Shown piece after piece: positions 21,563-33,556 of a stretch of DNA of 64,000 nt; the first letter of the stretch is position 1; each line of letters starts with the position of its first letter. The DNA is taken from NCBI GenBank assembly GCA_965214095.1, contig OZ243938.1, forward strand, positions 1,696,001 to 1,760,000, given 5' to 3'. Position numbers and translations under genes: made by a program. The notes beneath the pieces are model-generated. The model was not told where the DNA came from. It did not search any database and was given only the letters and a program-made list of their open reading frames with translations. The DNA comes from Candidatus Poribacteria bacterium. GTDB taxonomy: Bacteria > Poribacteria > WGA-4E > WGA-3G.

Positions 21563-22741
21563 TTATTCTCTTTGTAGGGTCTCAGGAACTAACCAAAGGA
21601 AGATAATGACTGCCAAATAACCGATTCCCCCTAAAGCGAATCCAGAATACCCCAATCCGAATAGGTCCGCGATATTGCCGACGACAACAGGTCCTGCTGA
21701 TCCTCCAAAGTCTCCAGTGAGTCGCCATAACCCGAGGAATTCTCCTGTGCCATCAGTTGGTGCTAAATCTGCCCCGAGTGTCATCATTGTCCCCGATGCG
21801 ATACCGTTCCCGAATCGCATCAGAACTGCGGCAAGGAGAAGCCATGTAAAAGAGCCTGTAAACGGCATCAATAACATACCCGTAGCAAAGATAGATATTC
21901 CGGGTACCGTTGCATATCTCCTACCGAAGCGATCCATCATTGCACCTGCAACAGGAAACATTGACATATCCACTGCAGAAGAGATCATTTCCACCAAACG
22001 GACACCTTGTGTGCTTAAACCTACTACATCTTTAGCGTATAACGGAATAATAATATGGCATCCGCGCCGTAGTGTCTGAACACAGATCTGTCCGACACCT
22101 GCCGTTGCAAGTAGTTTATAGTGTTGTTTAGAGACGTGGATAAGCTGCTTTAGATAGGGTTGTGTGTTTTGTGTATTATCCTTTGATTCTCGTTTTGTAT
22201 CCGATATTGAGAATATACAGATAATAAATGTCAGTACAGCAATTACTGCATAAACGAAAAATGGAAGTTGTAGATTTGCTCCGAGGAAGATTGCCCCAAA
22301 CTTTCCTGCGAAAGTTCCCATACGATTGACACCACCGAACAAGGCAATAGACCTACCCCGCTTTACCAGTGGAATTACATCTGTCATATATGCATGCCGA
22401 GAGAGCATCCATAGCGCATTACCGATACCACCGATCAGTTGTGCAATGACCAAATGTGTAAGCTGCTGTGCTATTCCCATTCCGATAGCTGACACGGCTA
22501 TTAGGAATAATCCGAGCAACATTGCGGATTTTCTGCCTATTCGTTCAACCAGAATTCCTGCGGGGATATTTCCAACAACACCGACAGCTATGACAATAGT
22601 GGTCAAGGTGTAGGATATATTAAAAGATTTTATGTAGATTGCATGCGTGGGTGAGATGATTCCCGCGCCTGTTGAAAGGAAAAACGCGGGGAGGTAGATA
22701 GGTAGAATTAGTGAGACACGACTAAATTTATTGGATGCCAA
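21563..22741 (-). CDS. MFS transporter
   Basis: Multi-TM protein with G.LVERIGRK and MDRFGRR motif-A copies. Confidence 0.9.
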   Translation of the reverse strand: MASNKFSRVSLILPIYLPAFFLSTGAGIISPTHAIYIKSFNISYTLTTIVIAVGVVGNIPAGILVERIGRKSAMLLGLFLIAVSAIGMGIAQQLTHLVIAQLIGGIGNALWMLSRHAYMTDVIPLVKRGRSIALFGGVNRMGTFAGKFGAIFLGANLQLPFFVYAVIAVLTFIICIFSISDTKRESKDNTQNTQPYLKQLIHVSKQHYKLLATAGVGQICVQTLRRGCHIIIPLYAKDVVGLSTQGVRLVEMISSAVDMSMFPVAGAMMDRFGRRYATVPGISIFATGMLLMPFTGSFTWLLLAAVLMRFGNGIASGTMMTLGADLAPTDGTGEFLGLWRLTGDFGGSAGPVVVGNIADLFGLGYSGFALGGIGYLAVIIFLWLVPETLQRE

Positions 22742-22782
22742 ATTGGGATTGACTCCTTAGGAGTGTCGTATATTATCTATGG

Positions 22783-22885
22783 TATAGTAGATTTTGAAAT
22801 TACTTGAACACTCTGCATCGGCGAGGTTAGGAGACCTCGCCTACCGTGGGTCGAAAGTGTCAACTAATATTTATAATTCACTATA
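22783..22885. mobile_element. 103-bp Correia-like MITE, copy 1
   Basis: TATAGT...ACTATA ends; near-identical to 41735-41837 and 45077-45179. Confidence 0.85.
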
Positions 22886-22948
22886 AATGTATGTTGTGAG
22901 AACTACGGTAGGTATGAATAAAGTAACCACACCTACCGTAAAAACAAT

Positions 22949-23941
22949 CTATTCGTCAAGCCAACTCATCATACTGCGTAGGTTTTTGCCAACTTCTTCA
23001 ATCTGCTGTTCTGATTCCTGTCGACGTAGTGCTTGCAGGACTGGTTGATTTGCTTGATTTTCCAGTACCCACTCACGTGCGAAGATTCCACCTTGCACGT
23101 CTTTAAGAATCTGACGCATTTTTTCGCGAACACTATCGTCAATGAGTACGGGACCACGCGTTAAATCACCATATTCTGCAGTGTTACTAATATCGTTTCG
23201 CATTTTGCTGAGTCCTCCTGCATAGAGTAGGTCAACAATGAGCTTCAATTCGTGTAGGCATTCAAAGTATGCCATTTCAGGTTGATAGCCTGCTTCAACG
23301 AGTGTATCAAATGCGGCTTTGATGAGGGCAGCAGTGCCACCACATAATACGGCTTGTTCACCGAATAGGTCGGTTTCAGTTTCTTCACGGAACGTGGTTT
23401 CAATCACCCCTGCGCGTGTACCGCCAATACCTCTTGCATAAGCGAGTGCGATATCTCGCGCAGTACCTGTTGTATCTTGATGTATTGCGATGAGACACGG
23501 CACCCCACCACCACCTTCAAACACATCACGGACAAGTGAACCGGGCCCTTTCGGTGCAATCATGGTCACGTCAATATCGTTAGCAGGTACAATCTGACCG
23601 AAATGTACGCTGAATCCGTGCGAAACCATGAGCATGTTGCCTGCTTGCATATTCGGTTCAATCTCATCTTGGTATACAGCAGAATGTTTTTCATCGGGGA
23701 TGAGTATCTGAACAATGTCTGCCATTGCTGATGCTTCTGCAACATTCTTGACGGTAATCCCATCTGCTTCGGCGCGTGGTATAGAACGACTACCTTCGTA
23801 TAATCCAACAACGACGTTTGCACCGCTATCTTGAAGGTTAAGTGCTTGTGCTCTGCCTTGTGCACCATAACCGATGATGGCGACGGTACGTTCTTTCAGT
23901 AAATCAAAATTGGCATCACTATCGTAATATATTGTTGCCAT
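22949..23941 (-). CDS. ilvC: Ketol-acid reductoisomerase
   Basis: [30 protein letters not shown] and SNTAEYG motifs. Confidence 0.97.
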   Translation of the reverse strand: MATIYYDSDANFDLLKERTVAIIGYGAQGRAQALNLQDSGANVVVGLYEGSRSIPRAEADGITVKNVAEASAMADIVQILIPDEKHSAVYQDEIEPNMQAGNMLMVSHGFSVHFGQIVPANDIDVTMIAPKGPGSLVRDVFEGGGGVPCLIAIHQDTTGTARDIALAYARGIGGTRAGVIETTFREETETDLFGEQAVLCGGTAALIKAAFDTLVEAGYQPEMAYFECLHELKLIVDLLYAGGLSKMRNDISNTAEYGDLTRGPVLIDDSVREKMRQILKDVQGGIFAREWVLENQANQPVLQALRRQESEQQIEEVGKNLRSMMSWLDE

Positions 23942-24003
23942 AAGTATGTTCCTCTCTTACGAATTTTCCTAATAAAGTTATATTTAATCAATGCTAATGT
24001 GAT

Positions 24004-24915
24004 TCATTTTACTCTTTCAAGTTGCAGGTTCACCAGATAAATTCCTACTGCCACTAATCCAGTTCCCGCTAATAAGTTGAAAGACAGTTTATCTCCTAAT
24101 AACAAGCTGCTAAACAACACTCCCGACACTGGCATGAGAAAAGAAAAGACCACCAGTTTGCTTGCTTTGTACTTTCTTAGCACAGATGTCAAGGCTAAAA
24201 AGCAGAAACCTGTTATAACCCATCCTTGATAGAGCAAACCCATACTGCTTGCATAAGACCACTCAATTGCTTTCTCACTCTCAAAGAGATAACTTAAAAC
24301 GAAAAAAAACGGAGCACTTAAACCTAATAACCAGACGAGTAGTCGATATGGGTAAATCTCTTGAACAAACAATTTTGTGAGTGTAATGCGAAATGCCAAC
24401 AAACCAGCCGATAGCGTTACAATCAAGTCTCCGATTAAGTATTCTGCCCCACCGATTCCTTGTAAATTTGGTGCAAGTACTACAAATATCCCACCGAAGG
24501 CGGCGAGAATTCCAAATAACTTTGTGGTAGAAAGTCGATCACCTGGTAGTAAGAAATGACCGAACAGAACCACAAATACTGGATACAGTGTATGACAAAT
24601 AGTAGAATGTGAAGCCGTCGTGAATTGAGTACCGACATTCATTGTAATTATATGTAATGCTTGGAGTGCTGCCAGCAAGAGTAACCGGGGAAATTCTACC
24701 ATGCGCATTCGCATGGACACGCCATAGATGAATCCTATCCCTCCAACAGCGATAACACCTAATATGCTGCGAAACAGTGCCATTTTTAGTGGTGGGAATC
24801 CTTGTAAACCAATTTTTACAGATAATGATCCCGCGCCTAAAAGGGAAACAACAAGGAGTATGAGGCCTATAATCTTAGCAGGAGGGTCTTCATTTCTAAA
24901 TTCTTTTTCAAGCAT
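24004..24915 (-). CDS. EamA/DMT family transporter
   Basis: About 10 TM segments in two EamA repeats; likely start MLEKEF at 24915. Confidence 0.85.
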   Translation of the reverse strand: MLEKEFRNEDPPAKIIGLILLVVSLLGAGSLSVKIGLQGFPPLKMALFRSILGVIAVGGIGFIYGVSMRMRMVEFPRLLLLAALQALHIITMNVGTQFTTASHSTICHTLYPVFVVLFGHFLLPGDRLSTTKLFGILAAFGGIFVVLAPNLQGIGGAEYLIGDLIVTLSAGLLAFRITLTKLFVQEIYPYRLLVWLLGLSAPFFFVLSYLFESEKAIEWSYASSMGLLYQGWVITGFCFLALTSVLRKYKASKLVVFSFLMPVSGVLFSSLLLGDKLSFNLLAGTGLVAVGIYLVNLQLERVK

Positions 24916-25158
24916 AAATACTTTCTTTCCCTCTATTGTTTCATTAAACTCCAATAATTCTATAGAAGGAGAATTGTGTTTTCTGTTCTTCTGTGTGGCG
25001 TATTTATGTTGCAGTACAAAATACAAAACATAACACAATCAAATTGCTTCGTTTCTAATATTACCTCCGTTGTTATGATACAATCTATCTTTAGGAAACT
25101 GTTTGAATTCTATAATGAATAGGAATGTATGAAAATTGAAAGGTTTCACTATCAAGTG

Positions 25159-25656
25159 CTAATTTGTGCCACCGCGCATCATTGCAATTTTGCCGGTACG
25201 CGCTAATTCAAGGATACCGTAGGTGTTAAAAATCTCTATTGCTGCTTCTAATTTCCCTTCATCACCGGTAATTTCAAGCACGAGTGAGGAAGGTTTTGTA
25301 TCTATAACGCGTGCACGGTATACCTCTGCGACTTGTAGAATCTCCGCACGTTTTCGAGGATCATCCGTGCTAATCTTGAGAAGTAGGAGTTCTCGTTCTA
25401 CATGAGTGCCTGTGGTGAGGTCTGTAACCTCAATGACATCAATAAGTCTATTTAGGTGTTGATAGATTTGCTCAATGATCTGGGCATCCCCATGTGTAAC
25501 CAAGGTGATCTGTGAGACGCTCTTATCATGTGTTTCCGCGACGTTAAGGCTGTCAATATTAAAACCGCGTCCACTAAAAAGTCCTGCGACGCGCGCTAGG
25601 ACTCCAAATCGGTTTTCAACCATTACCGAGAAAATGTGTCGTTCTTCTTTGCTCAT
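25159..25656 (-). CDS. ilvN: Acetolactate synthase small subunit
   Basis: VENRFGVLARVAGLFSGRGFNIDSL ACT domain; ELARTG. Confidence 0.95.
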   Translation of the reverse strand: MSKEERHIFSVMVENRFGVLARVAGLFSGRGFNIDSLNVAETHDKSVSQITLVTHGDAQIIEQIYQHLNRLIDVIEVTDLTTGTHVERELLLLKISTDDPRKRAEILQVAEVYRARVIDTKPSSLVLEITGDEGKLEAAIEIFNTYGILELARTGKIAMMRGGTN

Positions 25657-25728
25657 TTTATTTAGTATTACTTCAATAGTTGTCCGTTGTTATGGCGCAC
25701 TTTGAAAGCGCGCCTACTGTTTTGAAGA

Positions 25729-27405
25729 TTAAGAAAGCCCGCGAATTACATCTCCAAGACCTGCGCCTGCGGGAACCATCGGAAATACGTTCTCCTCTTC
25801 AGCAACGATGAAATCAATCACGACAGGACCATCATTGATGCCTTTTGCCTTTAGTAATGCAGGTTCAACATCTTCGGGATGTTCCACTCGGAGACCAGTT
25901 GCCCCGAATGCCTGTGCCAGCAACGCAAAGTCAGGATTGTCGTGGTAATCAACAGCAGAGTAACGTTTATTATGGAACAGTTCCTGCCATTGTCGGACCA
26001 TGCCTAAATACATATTGTTGATGATGAAAATCTTAAGTGGGAGTTTCATCGTAATCGCAGGTACTAACTCCTGAATAGTCATGATGTAGGATCCGTCACC
26101 ATTGATATTCACAACGGTTTTATCAGGACATCCGAGTTGTGCCCCTATTGCTGCAGGCAAACTGAAACCCATTGTGCCAAGTCCGCCTGAGTTTAGCCAA
26201 GTTCTTGGGTCTGTAAATTTGAAGTATTGTGCAGCCCACATCTGATGTTGTCCAACATCCGCAACGACTATGGCATCACTATAATGCTCATAGATCTTTT
26301 CTATGACATATTGCGGCATGACTTTATTGCCTTTCTGCTCGTATTCAAACGGATATTTCTGTTTCCATTCCTGAATTTGATTACGCCAGGGGTCAATATC
26401 TGCGGTATCAACCAACTTATTTAATTCTGTAAGTACGTTCTTGGCATCCCCAACAATAGGCACATCAACAGGTACATTTTTTCCGATACAGGATGGGTCA
26501 ATATCAATGTGGATTTTTTTAGCTTTTGGTGCGAATTTGCCGAGGTCTCCTGTAACCCTATCATCAAATCTTGCGCCGATAGCAACAACAAGGTCTGCAT
26601 CTGTAAATGCGTAATTTGCACAGCATGAACCGTGCATTCCAGGCATCTCCATCGCCAATGGATGTGTTTCTGGAAATGCCCCAAGTCCCATCAACGTGAC
26701 AGTAATAGGTATCTGTGTATTGAGGGTCAATTTTCGAAGTTCTTCACTTGCATTTGCGAGCACAACCCCACCACCAGCATATAACATCGGACACTTCGCT
26801 TCTTTAATTAAAGCTGCCGCTTTCGCAATTTGTGCTGGGTCACCATTCACTTGTGGTTTGTAGCTGCGGAGATCAACTGTTTCCGGATATTGAAATAGTG
26901 TCTCTTCTCTTTGTGCATCCTTAGCGATGTCAATAATGACGGGACCTTGTTTTCCTGTGCTGGCCAGATGAAATGCTTCAGCGACAACATCTGCGACTTC
27001 ATCGCAACTTTTGACAAGGTAACTATGCTTACAGATTGGTCGGGTAACACCGATAACATCACATTCTTGGAATGCATCACTCCCGATAAATTGCGTCATT
27101 ACCTGTCCAGTTATTGCAACCATAGGGATTGAATCCATATATGCAGTTGCAATTCCGGTAACAAGATTTGTTGCTCCGGGACCGGATGTTGCGAGTGCGA
27201 CTCCAACTTTACCAGTGGCGCGTGCATATCCATCTGCGGCATGAGAAGCACCTTGCTCATGACGCATAGGGATCAATTTTACTTCTGTTTCATCGTAGAG
27301 GGCATCGAAAATCGGCATTGCCGCGCCACCGTTCACACCGAAGATATATTCGACACCTTCACGTTTGAGACCATCAACCAGGATTTGTGCTCCTGAAAGT
27401 TCCAT
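25729..27405 (-). CDS. ilvB: Acetolactate synthase large subunit
   Basis: RHEQGA, TSGPGATN, RFDDRVTG, GDGS...NN and GMVRQWQ; start MELSGAQ at 27405 with GAGGA RBS. Confidence 0.96.
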   Translation of the reverse strand: MELSGAQILVDGLKREGVEYIFGVNGGAAMPIFDALYDETEVKLIPMRHEQGASHAADGYARATGKVGVALATSGPGATNLVTGIATAYMDSIPMVAITGQVMTQFIGSDAFQECDVIGVTRPICKHSYLVKSCDEVADVVAEAFHLASTGKQGPVIIDIAKDAQREETLFQYPETVDLRSYKPQVNGDPAQIAKAAALIKEAKCPMLYAGGGVVLANASEELRKLTLNTQIPITVTLMGLGAFPETHPLAMEMPGMHGSCCANYAFTDADLVVAIGARFDDRVTGDLGKFAPKAKKIHIDIDPSCIGKNVPVDVPIVGDAKNVLTELNKLVDTADIDPWRNQIQEWKQKYPFEYEQKGNKVMPQYVIEKIYEHYSDAIVVADVGQHQMWAAQYFKFTDPRTWLNSGGLGTMGFSLPAAIGAQLGCPDKTVVNINGDGSYIMTIQELVPAITMKLPLKIFIINNMYLGMVRQWQELFHNKRYSAVDYHDNPDFALLAQAFGATGLRVEHPEDVEPALLKAKGINDGPVVIDFIVAEEENVFPMVPAGAGLGDVIRGLS

Positions 27406-27464
27406 GTCAATTTCCTCATAGACGGTAGTAGACACATTCTTTTGTGCCGTAGGTTGTTGAAAGT

Positions 27465-27830
27465 AAAAAACCTTCTCGTTCCAACTTTGGAGACGAGAAG
27501 GATGCGGCTTTAATAGCACGTTTCGGCTTGTGTATATTACCGAAACCGACCTTACCGTGGTACCACTCCAATTCCTTCCCTCGTTCACTATGGAAATAAG
27601 ACTTTTGAACGACCACTAACGAGGAAAAGCACTCTTTGGGATGCGATAACGGACATCACACCGACTAACCCTACTGATGTATCACGATTGGGAAATCACT
27701 CTAACAACATGTTCAGATTAGTTGCTCCAGGGCGACCTTCAGCCTTAGGAACTTGGGGTGACCTTTCAGCCTATGAGTCACCTTCTCTTACAAGTCCAGA
27801 GGACCTACTTCTCCCCTTCTCCGCATTTAC
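27465..27830 (-). ncRNA. T-box riboswitch leader of ilvB (probable specifier GUC, Val)
   Basis: Stem I with AGAGA and GGCTGAAAG, specifier loop GAAG-GTC-G-CCCT, AGTA and CCGTTA boxes, T-box GGAGTGGTACCACGG (27555-27570), terminator CCTTCTCGT...ACGAGAAGG-TTTTTT (27465-27501). Confidence 0.9.
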
Positions 27831-27905
27831 TTATATTCAATCTTTTATGTACACCATTCTTATATATCTGTTAGGTGTTTGCGAAATTTTCTCTATACCG
27901 ATGTA

Positions 27906-27934
27906 ATTATAATACTTCTCAATGAAAAAGTCAA
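27906..27934 (-). promoter_or_regulatory. Sigma70 promoter of the T-box/ilv operon
   Basis: TTGACT-17 nt-TATAAT. Confidence 0.75.
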
Positions 27935-28611
27935 GAAAAATCAGTGTTATTAGTTTTATAAATTGCCAGTTGATGAGTTTTACTAAGAGTTAGGTTTGAA
28001 TTGTAGCGATGCATAGTTGTAGGCACACGCCGTGTACCGTAATTTCCTCTCAGGTGGACGGCATGCGGAGCGTACCTACTACCATGTTTGTTCACAAGCT
28101 AACCCGCAAGTGGGCATTGGTCAGAAAACAGCAATTACTCAACGATTGAATACCTCTGCGTATGTCATGAATGTTTGCATTAATTGCATTAATTTCTATT
28201 ATAATTTGGATTTATTTATGAAAAAACCTTCGCGAAAAAATAGAGTTAGATTCAGTCATAATAAGAGATTATCAGTGATCTGGGTGTACTTCTGAGAGTT
28301 ATACCAAATTAATCCGATTTGTAGCGCATGGAAAATAATTGATGCGAAAATTTCTGAGTGTTTGAGGAAATAAAAACGCAGACTTGCCAATGTGTACTGT
28401 CAGTTTACTATATTAACGCAAGTTGCTACCTAAACAATATAACGGTTCGTCCAGCCTGTTCAGGGTTCTTTCACATACCGCTCCAGCTGAAGATTAAGAA
28501 ATAAATTGGGTAATTTCTTGAGGGGTCTGTCAGCATAAGCGTTAGGTATGCTGAATTGGTTAGGAAACCGCACCTAACGGGGAGTGTGCATGTATTTTTA
28601 TATTTCAACAT

Positions 28612-28641
28612 AAAAAGGGGTAGTTAGGACTACCCCTAAAA
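28612..28641 (-). terminator. Intrinsic terminator after sod
   Basis: AGGGGTAGT/ACTACCCCT stem with a U-tract on the minus strand. Confidence 0.75.
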
Positions 28642-28653
28642 GTAGGTCAGGTT

Positions 28654-29265
28654 CTACGCATTTGCCTCATAGATTTCATTGACCTTTGACCAGTTGATGA
28701 CATTTTTCCACGCGTCAACATAATCTGGACGACGGTTTTGATAGTTCAGATAATAGGCATGTTCCCATACATCAATACCGAGTAGCGGGGTATGTCCCTG
28801 CATAATTGGACTATCTTGATTTGCTGTAGAGTAAATCTCTAATCCACTATCACCGATAACCAACCATGCCCAACCGGATCCGAAACGTTTGGTGGCTGCC
28901 GTAGTGAATTCTTCATTGGCTGCTTCAAGTGATCCAAATGCAGATTTTATCGCGTCAGCAAGTGCTCCACCTGGGTTACCGCTATCGCCTTCGGGACACA
29001 TGATAGACCAGAAGAGTGAATGGTTTGCATGTCCACCACCGTTGTTGATGACTGCTTGCCGTATGTCTTCTGGGACTTGGTCAATATTTCTAAGTAGTTC
29101 TTCAACATCTAATTTTGCGAGGTCGTCATGACCTTCTAATGCAGCGTTGAGGTTATTGACATATCCTTGATGGTGTTTTCCGTGATGAATTTCCATCGTT
29201 TGTGTGTCAATAATAGGTTCTAAAGCATCGTGTGCATAAGTGAGTTCTGGTAATGTGTGTGCCAT
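28654..29265 (-). CDS. sodA: Superoxide dismutase, probably Mn-type
   Basis: [15 protein letters not shown] (Mn-type GGG), FGSGWAWL and DVWEHAYY. Confidence 0.93.
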   Translation of the reverse strand: MAHTLPELTYAHDALEPIIDTQTMEIHHGKHHQGYVNNLNAALEGHDDLAKLDVEELLRNIDQVPEDIRQAVINNGGGHANHSLFWSIMCPEGDSGNPGGALADAIKSAFGSLEAANEEFTTAATKRFGSGWAWLVIGDSGLEIYSTANQDSPIMQGHTPLLGIDVWEHAYYLNYQNRRPDYVDAWKNVINWSKVNEIYEANA

Positions 29266-29534
29266 TTATAATAATAGCCTCCTTAAGTATTTTGGTTGTA
29301 GGAGAGTATAACAGAATTGCACAAAGTGTGCAAGGATTTTGTTATTTCTACAGGATTCTTTAGGCTTCGTAATTTTAGTGAATTCTTATCACAACCCATT
29401 GTTTTCAGAATCACGGATTACACAGATTTGGCTGATTATTGAGTTTGTACTAATAAATTCCTATTGAAGGTTTGATCAAAATCTTATGAAACGGAATGTG
29501 TCCTCCCTGACTCCCATCCGTATAATCCGAGGCC

Positions 29535-29630
29535 GGTAGGTTCGGTTTCCTAACCGAACCGAATTTGTGCCAATAGTGTTCAAAAAGGTTTTCGCAGAAG
29601 ATCCGGTTCGGTTAGGAAACCGAACCTACC
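29535..29630. repeat. GTAG-family REP doublet (REPIN-like)
   Basis: Perfect 27-bp inverted repeat GGTAGGTTCGGTTTCCTAACCGAACCG with a 42-bp spacer. Confidence 0.85.
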
Positions 29631-29712
29631 TGTCCAGGAAGGACGCTAAATTGACTCTTATGATGCCAAAAACTTTACACGCCCCTACTTGTAATCTATT
29701 GAATATTGTGTT

Positions 29713-30108
29713 ATGTTTTCATGTATGATAGTATTTGATAATTACCCTTATCAAACTCACAGAATCGGTATCCCAAACCCAAAAATAGCGTCATATAAAG
29801 CCCGAGGCAGTGTGTGGCATCAAAAAAACCGAAAAGCGAACCATATTCCCGAAGGTGGACGGAACCTTGATACCGATGCGAGTTGGTCAACAAGCAAGTA
29901 TTGTGGATGGATTTATAGTTATGGAGTGCATTTGACAACCACTGCCAACGGGTTTCCGATACTCGCAAATGTTCGGACCGCTTCTGTGAACGAAAAACAG
30001 GATTTGATCAAAAGACTGAGGCACTTCTGGCGAGAAATATCAAATATGTCGTGGTGGATGTCGGATATTCGGTATAAAGGAGTGTCCGCGTTGTTTGGTG
30101 GTAAGTAA
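29713..30108 (+). pseudogene. DDE transposase fragment
   Basis: D.DASW...GWIYSYGVHL segment typical of DDE_Tnp_1-like enzymes; truncated and frameshifted. Confidence 0.6.
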
Positions 30109-30198
30109 TAGTTGACTGTCGCAGCGAAGCCTCATACATCGATTCAATGATTTGCTCTGCATGCCCCACCGTGAGATGTTTATCTATGAACTCATATT

Positions 30199-31177
30199 GA
30201 GTAAAACATAAGAATGCTGTCCAATAGGGAAACACAAGAGTTTATTTATGTCCTATTCTTTCACTTCATATCTATAACTTATTGAAAGGTGTTGTTATGG
30301 TAGACAAGGTTCAAGAGTCCCTTAGATACAATGGTATTCCGAAGCAGGTTTCACGTAAGGATTTTAATCGTTATATCAAACCTCATCTAAAGAAACGCAT
30401 AAAAGGTCCCAAACCGAAACTGTCTTTCTATAAGATATTCAACTATATCCTCTATGTTGGACATACCGGTATTCAATGGAATCAACTCCGCACACGGCGT
30501 CCTGAACTCCATTGGTCTAACGTCTATAAATGGCATAATCATTGGTCAAAAGATGGTTCTTATGAGAAACTTTTTGAAGCATCTGTCGGACATCTTCATG
30601 ATAGTGATCAACTTGACACCTCTTGTTTACATGGTGATGGTTCAAACACTGTTGTAAAAAAAGGGGTGACACCATAGGGTATTCAGGTCATAAACATCAA
30701 AAAGGTGAAAAAGAGGTGGCTATCACCGACAATAAAGGTTTTATCATTGGTCCAATAACCCTCAAACCAGTGAACCAACATGATACAACGATTTTGCCCG
30801 AGGCATTGACCGAACTCATCTCCTTCAGCAATCGCATTGGCATGGCACTTGGTGGTTCCGCGCTAACGCTGGATTCTGGTTTTGATTCCAAGGTGAATCA
30901 TAAGATTATTAAAGAACAAGGACTGATCCCAGTGATCTATCCTAACAAACGAAACACTAAAGAACCTATCGCTATCGCTCGCAAGTTCCGGTGGTTTAGA
31001 AAAGATATATACAAAGACCGGTATAAAGTAGAGCGAACTTTCGGGTGGAAACCAGATACCTACCAAAGACTCGTTCTAAGTTATGATAAACTCAAAGAAA
31101 CACGTTTAGGTTTTCGTAACTTAGCATATTCAATGATTAATTTTCGGGCAACTTTCAACGATGCTTAGATGTTACTC
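30199..31177 (+). mobile_element. IS5-family element with two ORFs (30282-30677, 30716-31168) joined by a -1 frameshift
   Basis: TGIQWNQL, HGDG, LDSGFD and RYKVERTFGW motifs; A7G4 slippery site at 30656-30666; weak TIRs GAGTAA...TTACTC. Confidence 0.8.
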
Positions 31178-31235
31178 GCTATGAATTCTATGTAAACCAT
31201 TGATCTATTTTCTCCTTTGTTTTTGCTATGGAAGC

Positions 31236-32160
31236 CTATGCATCACCTTTTTCCTTGAACCTCGCAATCGCACCACGTTCTGCCATCTCCGCTCTTGCAT
31301 AATGTGCGGGCATCTGTGAGTTCTTCCATCTGCCAGCGACTTGTAAATCTACAACTGTTGCACCGGCTTTCGCGAGAGAGACCGCAGAACCGACACGCAA
31401 GGAATGTCCAGAGATAAATCCATCCACACCGGCATCCGCAGCCCGTTTTTTGATAATCCGTCTGGCAGAGACATCCGCAAGCCTACCCGGTTGAATATGG
31501 TCACCACGACGAACTGGACGGAATAATGCACCGCGAGTAATACCCGATTTCTCTTGATACCGACTAATCACCTTACGTGTATCACTGGTAACATACAAAG
31601 CTACACCAGAACCCTCTTGATCTGTCTTGGAACGCTGGACAACCAAAGTATTCTGTTTGAAATGCCCACAGTTGACAGCGACAACTTCAGAGACACGCAA
31701 CAAGCAGTCAGACATCAGCCTAATCATCGCACTATCCCGAAGCCCCGCTTATTGGTGTTATCTGCTTCAGCAAATGCACACACGCGTTCAACGTCAGCCC
31801 ACGTCAAGCCGTCAACTTGACCCCGTCCCCGACCCTTTGCATCTCTGCGGATTGTCCGTAATCGCTTTTGACTCATCGGGAATTGGACATCAACGGCTCG
31901 CACATTCACAAAATACCATTTCACTGCTGCGACACACATACTGAGCGTGGCTGGGGCAACGCCTTGTGTGTCTAATGTGGACAGGTAAGCTGCTAATTGC
32001 ACATCTGTCAGATCGCTCAATGTCGCGTCTTTAGAGGATAACCATTCTGAAACAGCACGCCACGCGGGCTGATAGGCACGTCTGGAGTTGGGAGATAGGG
32101 CATCTCACGCAATACCAATACGAAGTTTATCATCATCAGTGAGTTGTAAGTCTGTTCTCG
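31236..32160 (-). pseudogene. Cre-like tyrosine recombinase, frameshifted
   Basis: Catalytic motifs LLRVSE, SKTDQ, SGHSLRVG, GRW and HY present; SAM-like N-terminus split over frames. Confidence 0.85.
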
Positions 32161-32162
32161 TT

Positions 32163-32877
32163 TCAATCGGTACTAATGCTTGCATCGTCTTTGTCCTCAT
32201 CCAGTTGTTTATTTTCTTCTGTAACAGGGTCTTTTTCTAAAAGTGGATTTGCTCCTTTGTGGTGGTTTATCAAAACACAATTCTCAATAGTTAGGTGGTA
32301 CCAGATATAGCCATACTTGCCTAAACTATGGGATACAACGTTTCCGCGTATCTCTACAAAATCATCCGTATTAAGATGGCGAAGTGAATAGGTTTGATCA
32401 CGCCTAAATGAGCAACGCACTTCATCACCACGAAGCATAATTCCGATTTCACTTCTAAGTCTACTTTGCTCCAGTAGTCGTTCATATTCACTCTCTATGT
32501 GCTTCGTGTCATTTTCTATTTTGGCTATCCGCATTTTCATTACAGCAATATGAGGTGAGGGATCCGCTCCCCAAAGCACAACGGTCGTTTTATATTGATT
32601 GACAAATCCAATATGAGACAAGTCTTTTTTATCTATCCTCTTGATCTTACCTTTGACAATGTATACTTTTAGGGGAGTGACCGGGTGGCAAAGCAATACG
32701 CGGAACACCAGGTTGAATTGAATCATCGCTATATTTCTTGTTGGCACCGTATGCATCCCTACGATAATGAGACATCAATTCTTCCGCACTCACGCTCACA
32801 ACATCTGATGCTTTCTCACTCACAACCTCTGATATATCATCTTTGTTTTCTGAATGTTGATGTTGCTTGTCTTTCAT
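32163..32877 (-). pseudogene. Frameshifted OB-fold (tRNA_anti-like) protein
   Basis: VSAEELMSHY...ANKKY fragment in one frame, OB-like C-part in another. Confidence 0.5.
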
Positions 32878-33159
32878 TATATAACGCTAGTTTAACGTGA
32901 TTTTGAACTGATCTTGGGTCATGTCTCTCCGAACTGTGTTCACTAATTAACGATGTATCCGTGCGGGGATGCTATTCCAAAGGGACAGGGCGGTTTTCAC
33001 CTTTTTAAACTAACTCTTTCTTTCGTATTCCTACCTAAAAACGCCTGTCCTGTTCATATCTTACCTACTCAATCGATAAGGAATGCTAATACTTGTCTAT
33101 GCTATTAGATAGCAAGGGATGGCTGATTCCGCAGGGTAACATTCATCTTTTGTGGGATG

Positions 33160-33556
33160 CCTATAACCATATCTTGGATAACGGGCAGATAACTTTTCTA
33201 TCTCCTTTTGGAGCACCGCTTCACAGAGGGGATTTTTGGGTTCATAATAGAGACTGCTTCTATTGAAACCGAGTTTGTCACAAATCTGTCGCACAGAGTA
33301 ATCAGTTCACAAAGTCTGGACAATGCCTCGTTTTTCAGCCGAGGTCAACTTAGCAAGGTTGAGAGACTTTTTTTGGATGTCCAATTCCAAGGTCAATTTG
33401 CCAACAAGTTGTTCAAGTTGAGTGATTCGCTGTTGAAACGCATTGGTCTGTTTATCAATAGGTTCAAAGAGAGTTGCCGCATTTTCAAGAAGTTGGCGTT
33501 TCTACTTTGAGAACTGGACATCGCTGAGGTTATGTTTGCGACACAGTTCCGCTGGC
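33160..33556 (-). mobile_element. IS3-family remnant
   Basis: orfA-like ELCRKHNLS...KRQLLENAA and orfB-like ICDKLGFNRSSLYY...YPRYGYR, both truncated. Confidence 0.75.

Noticed and set aside
27406-27588. N-terminal extension of IlvB in the ORF track
   Set aside because: It overlaps the T-box antiterminator and terminator; the RBS supports a start at 27405.
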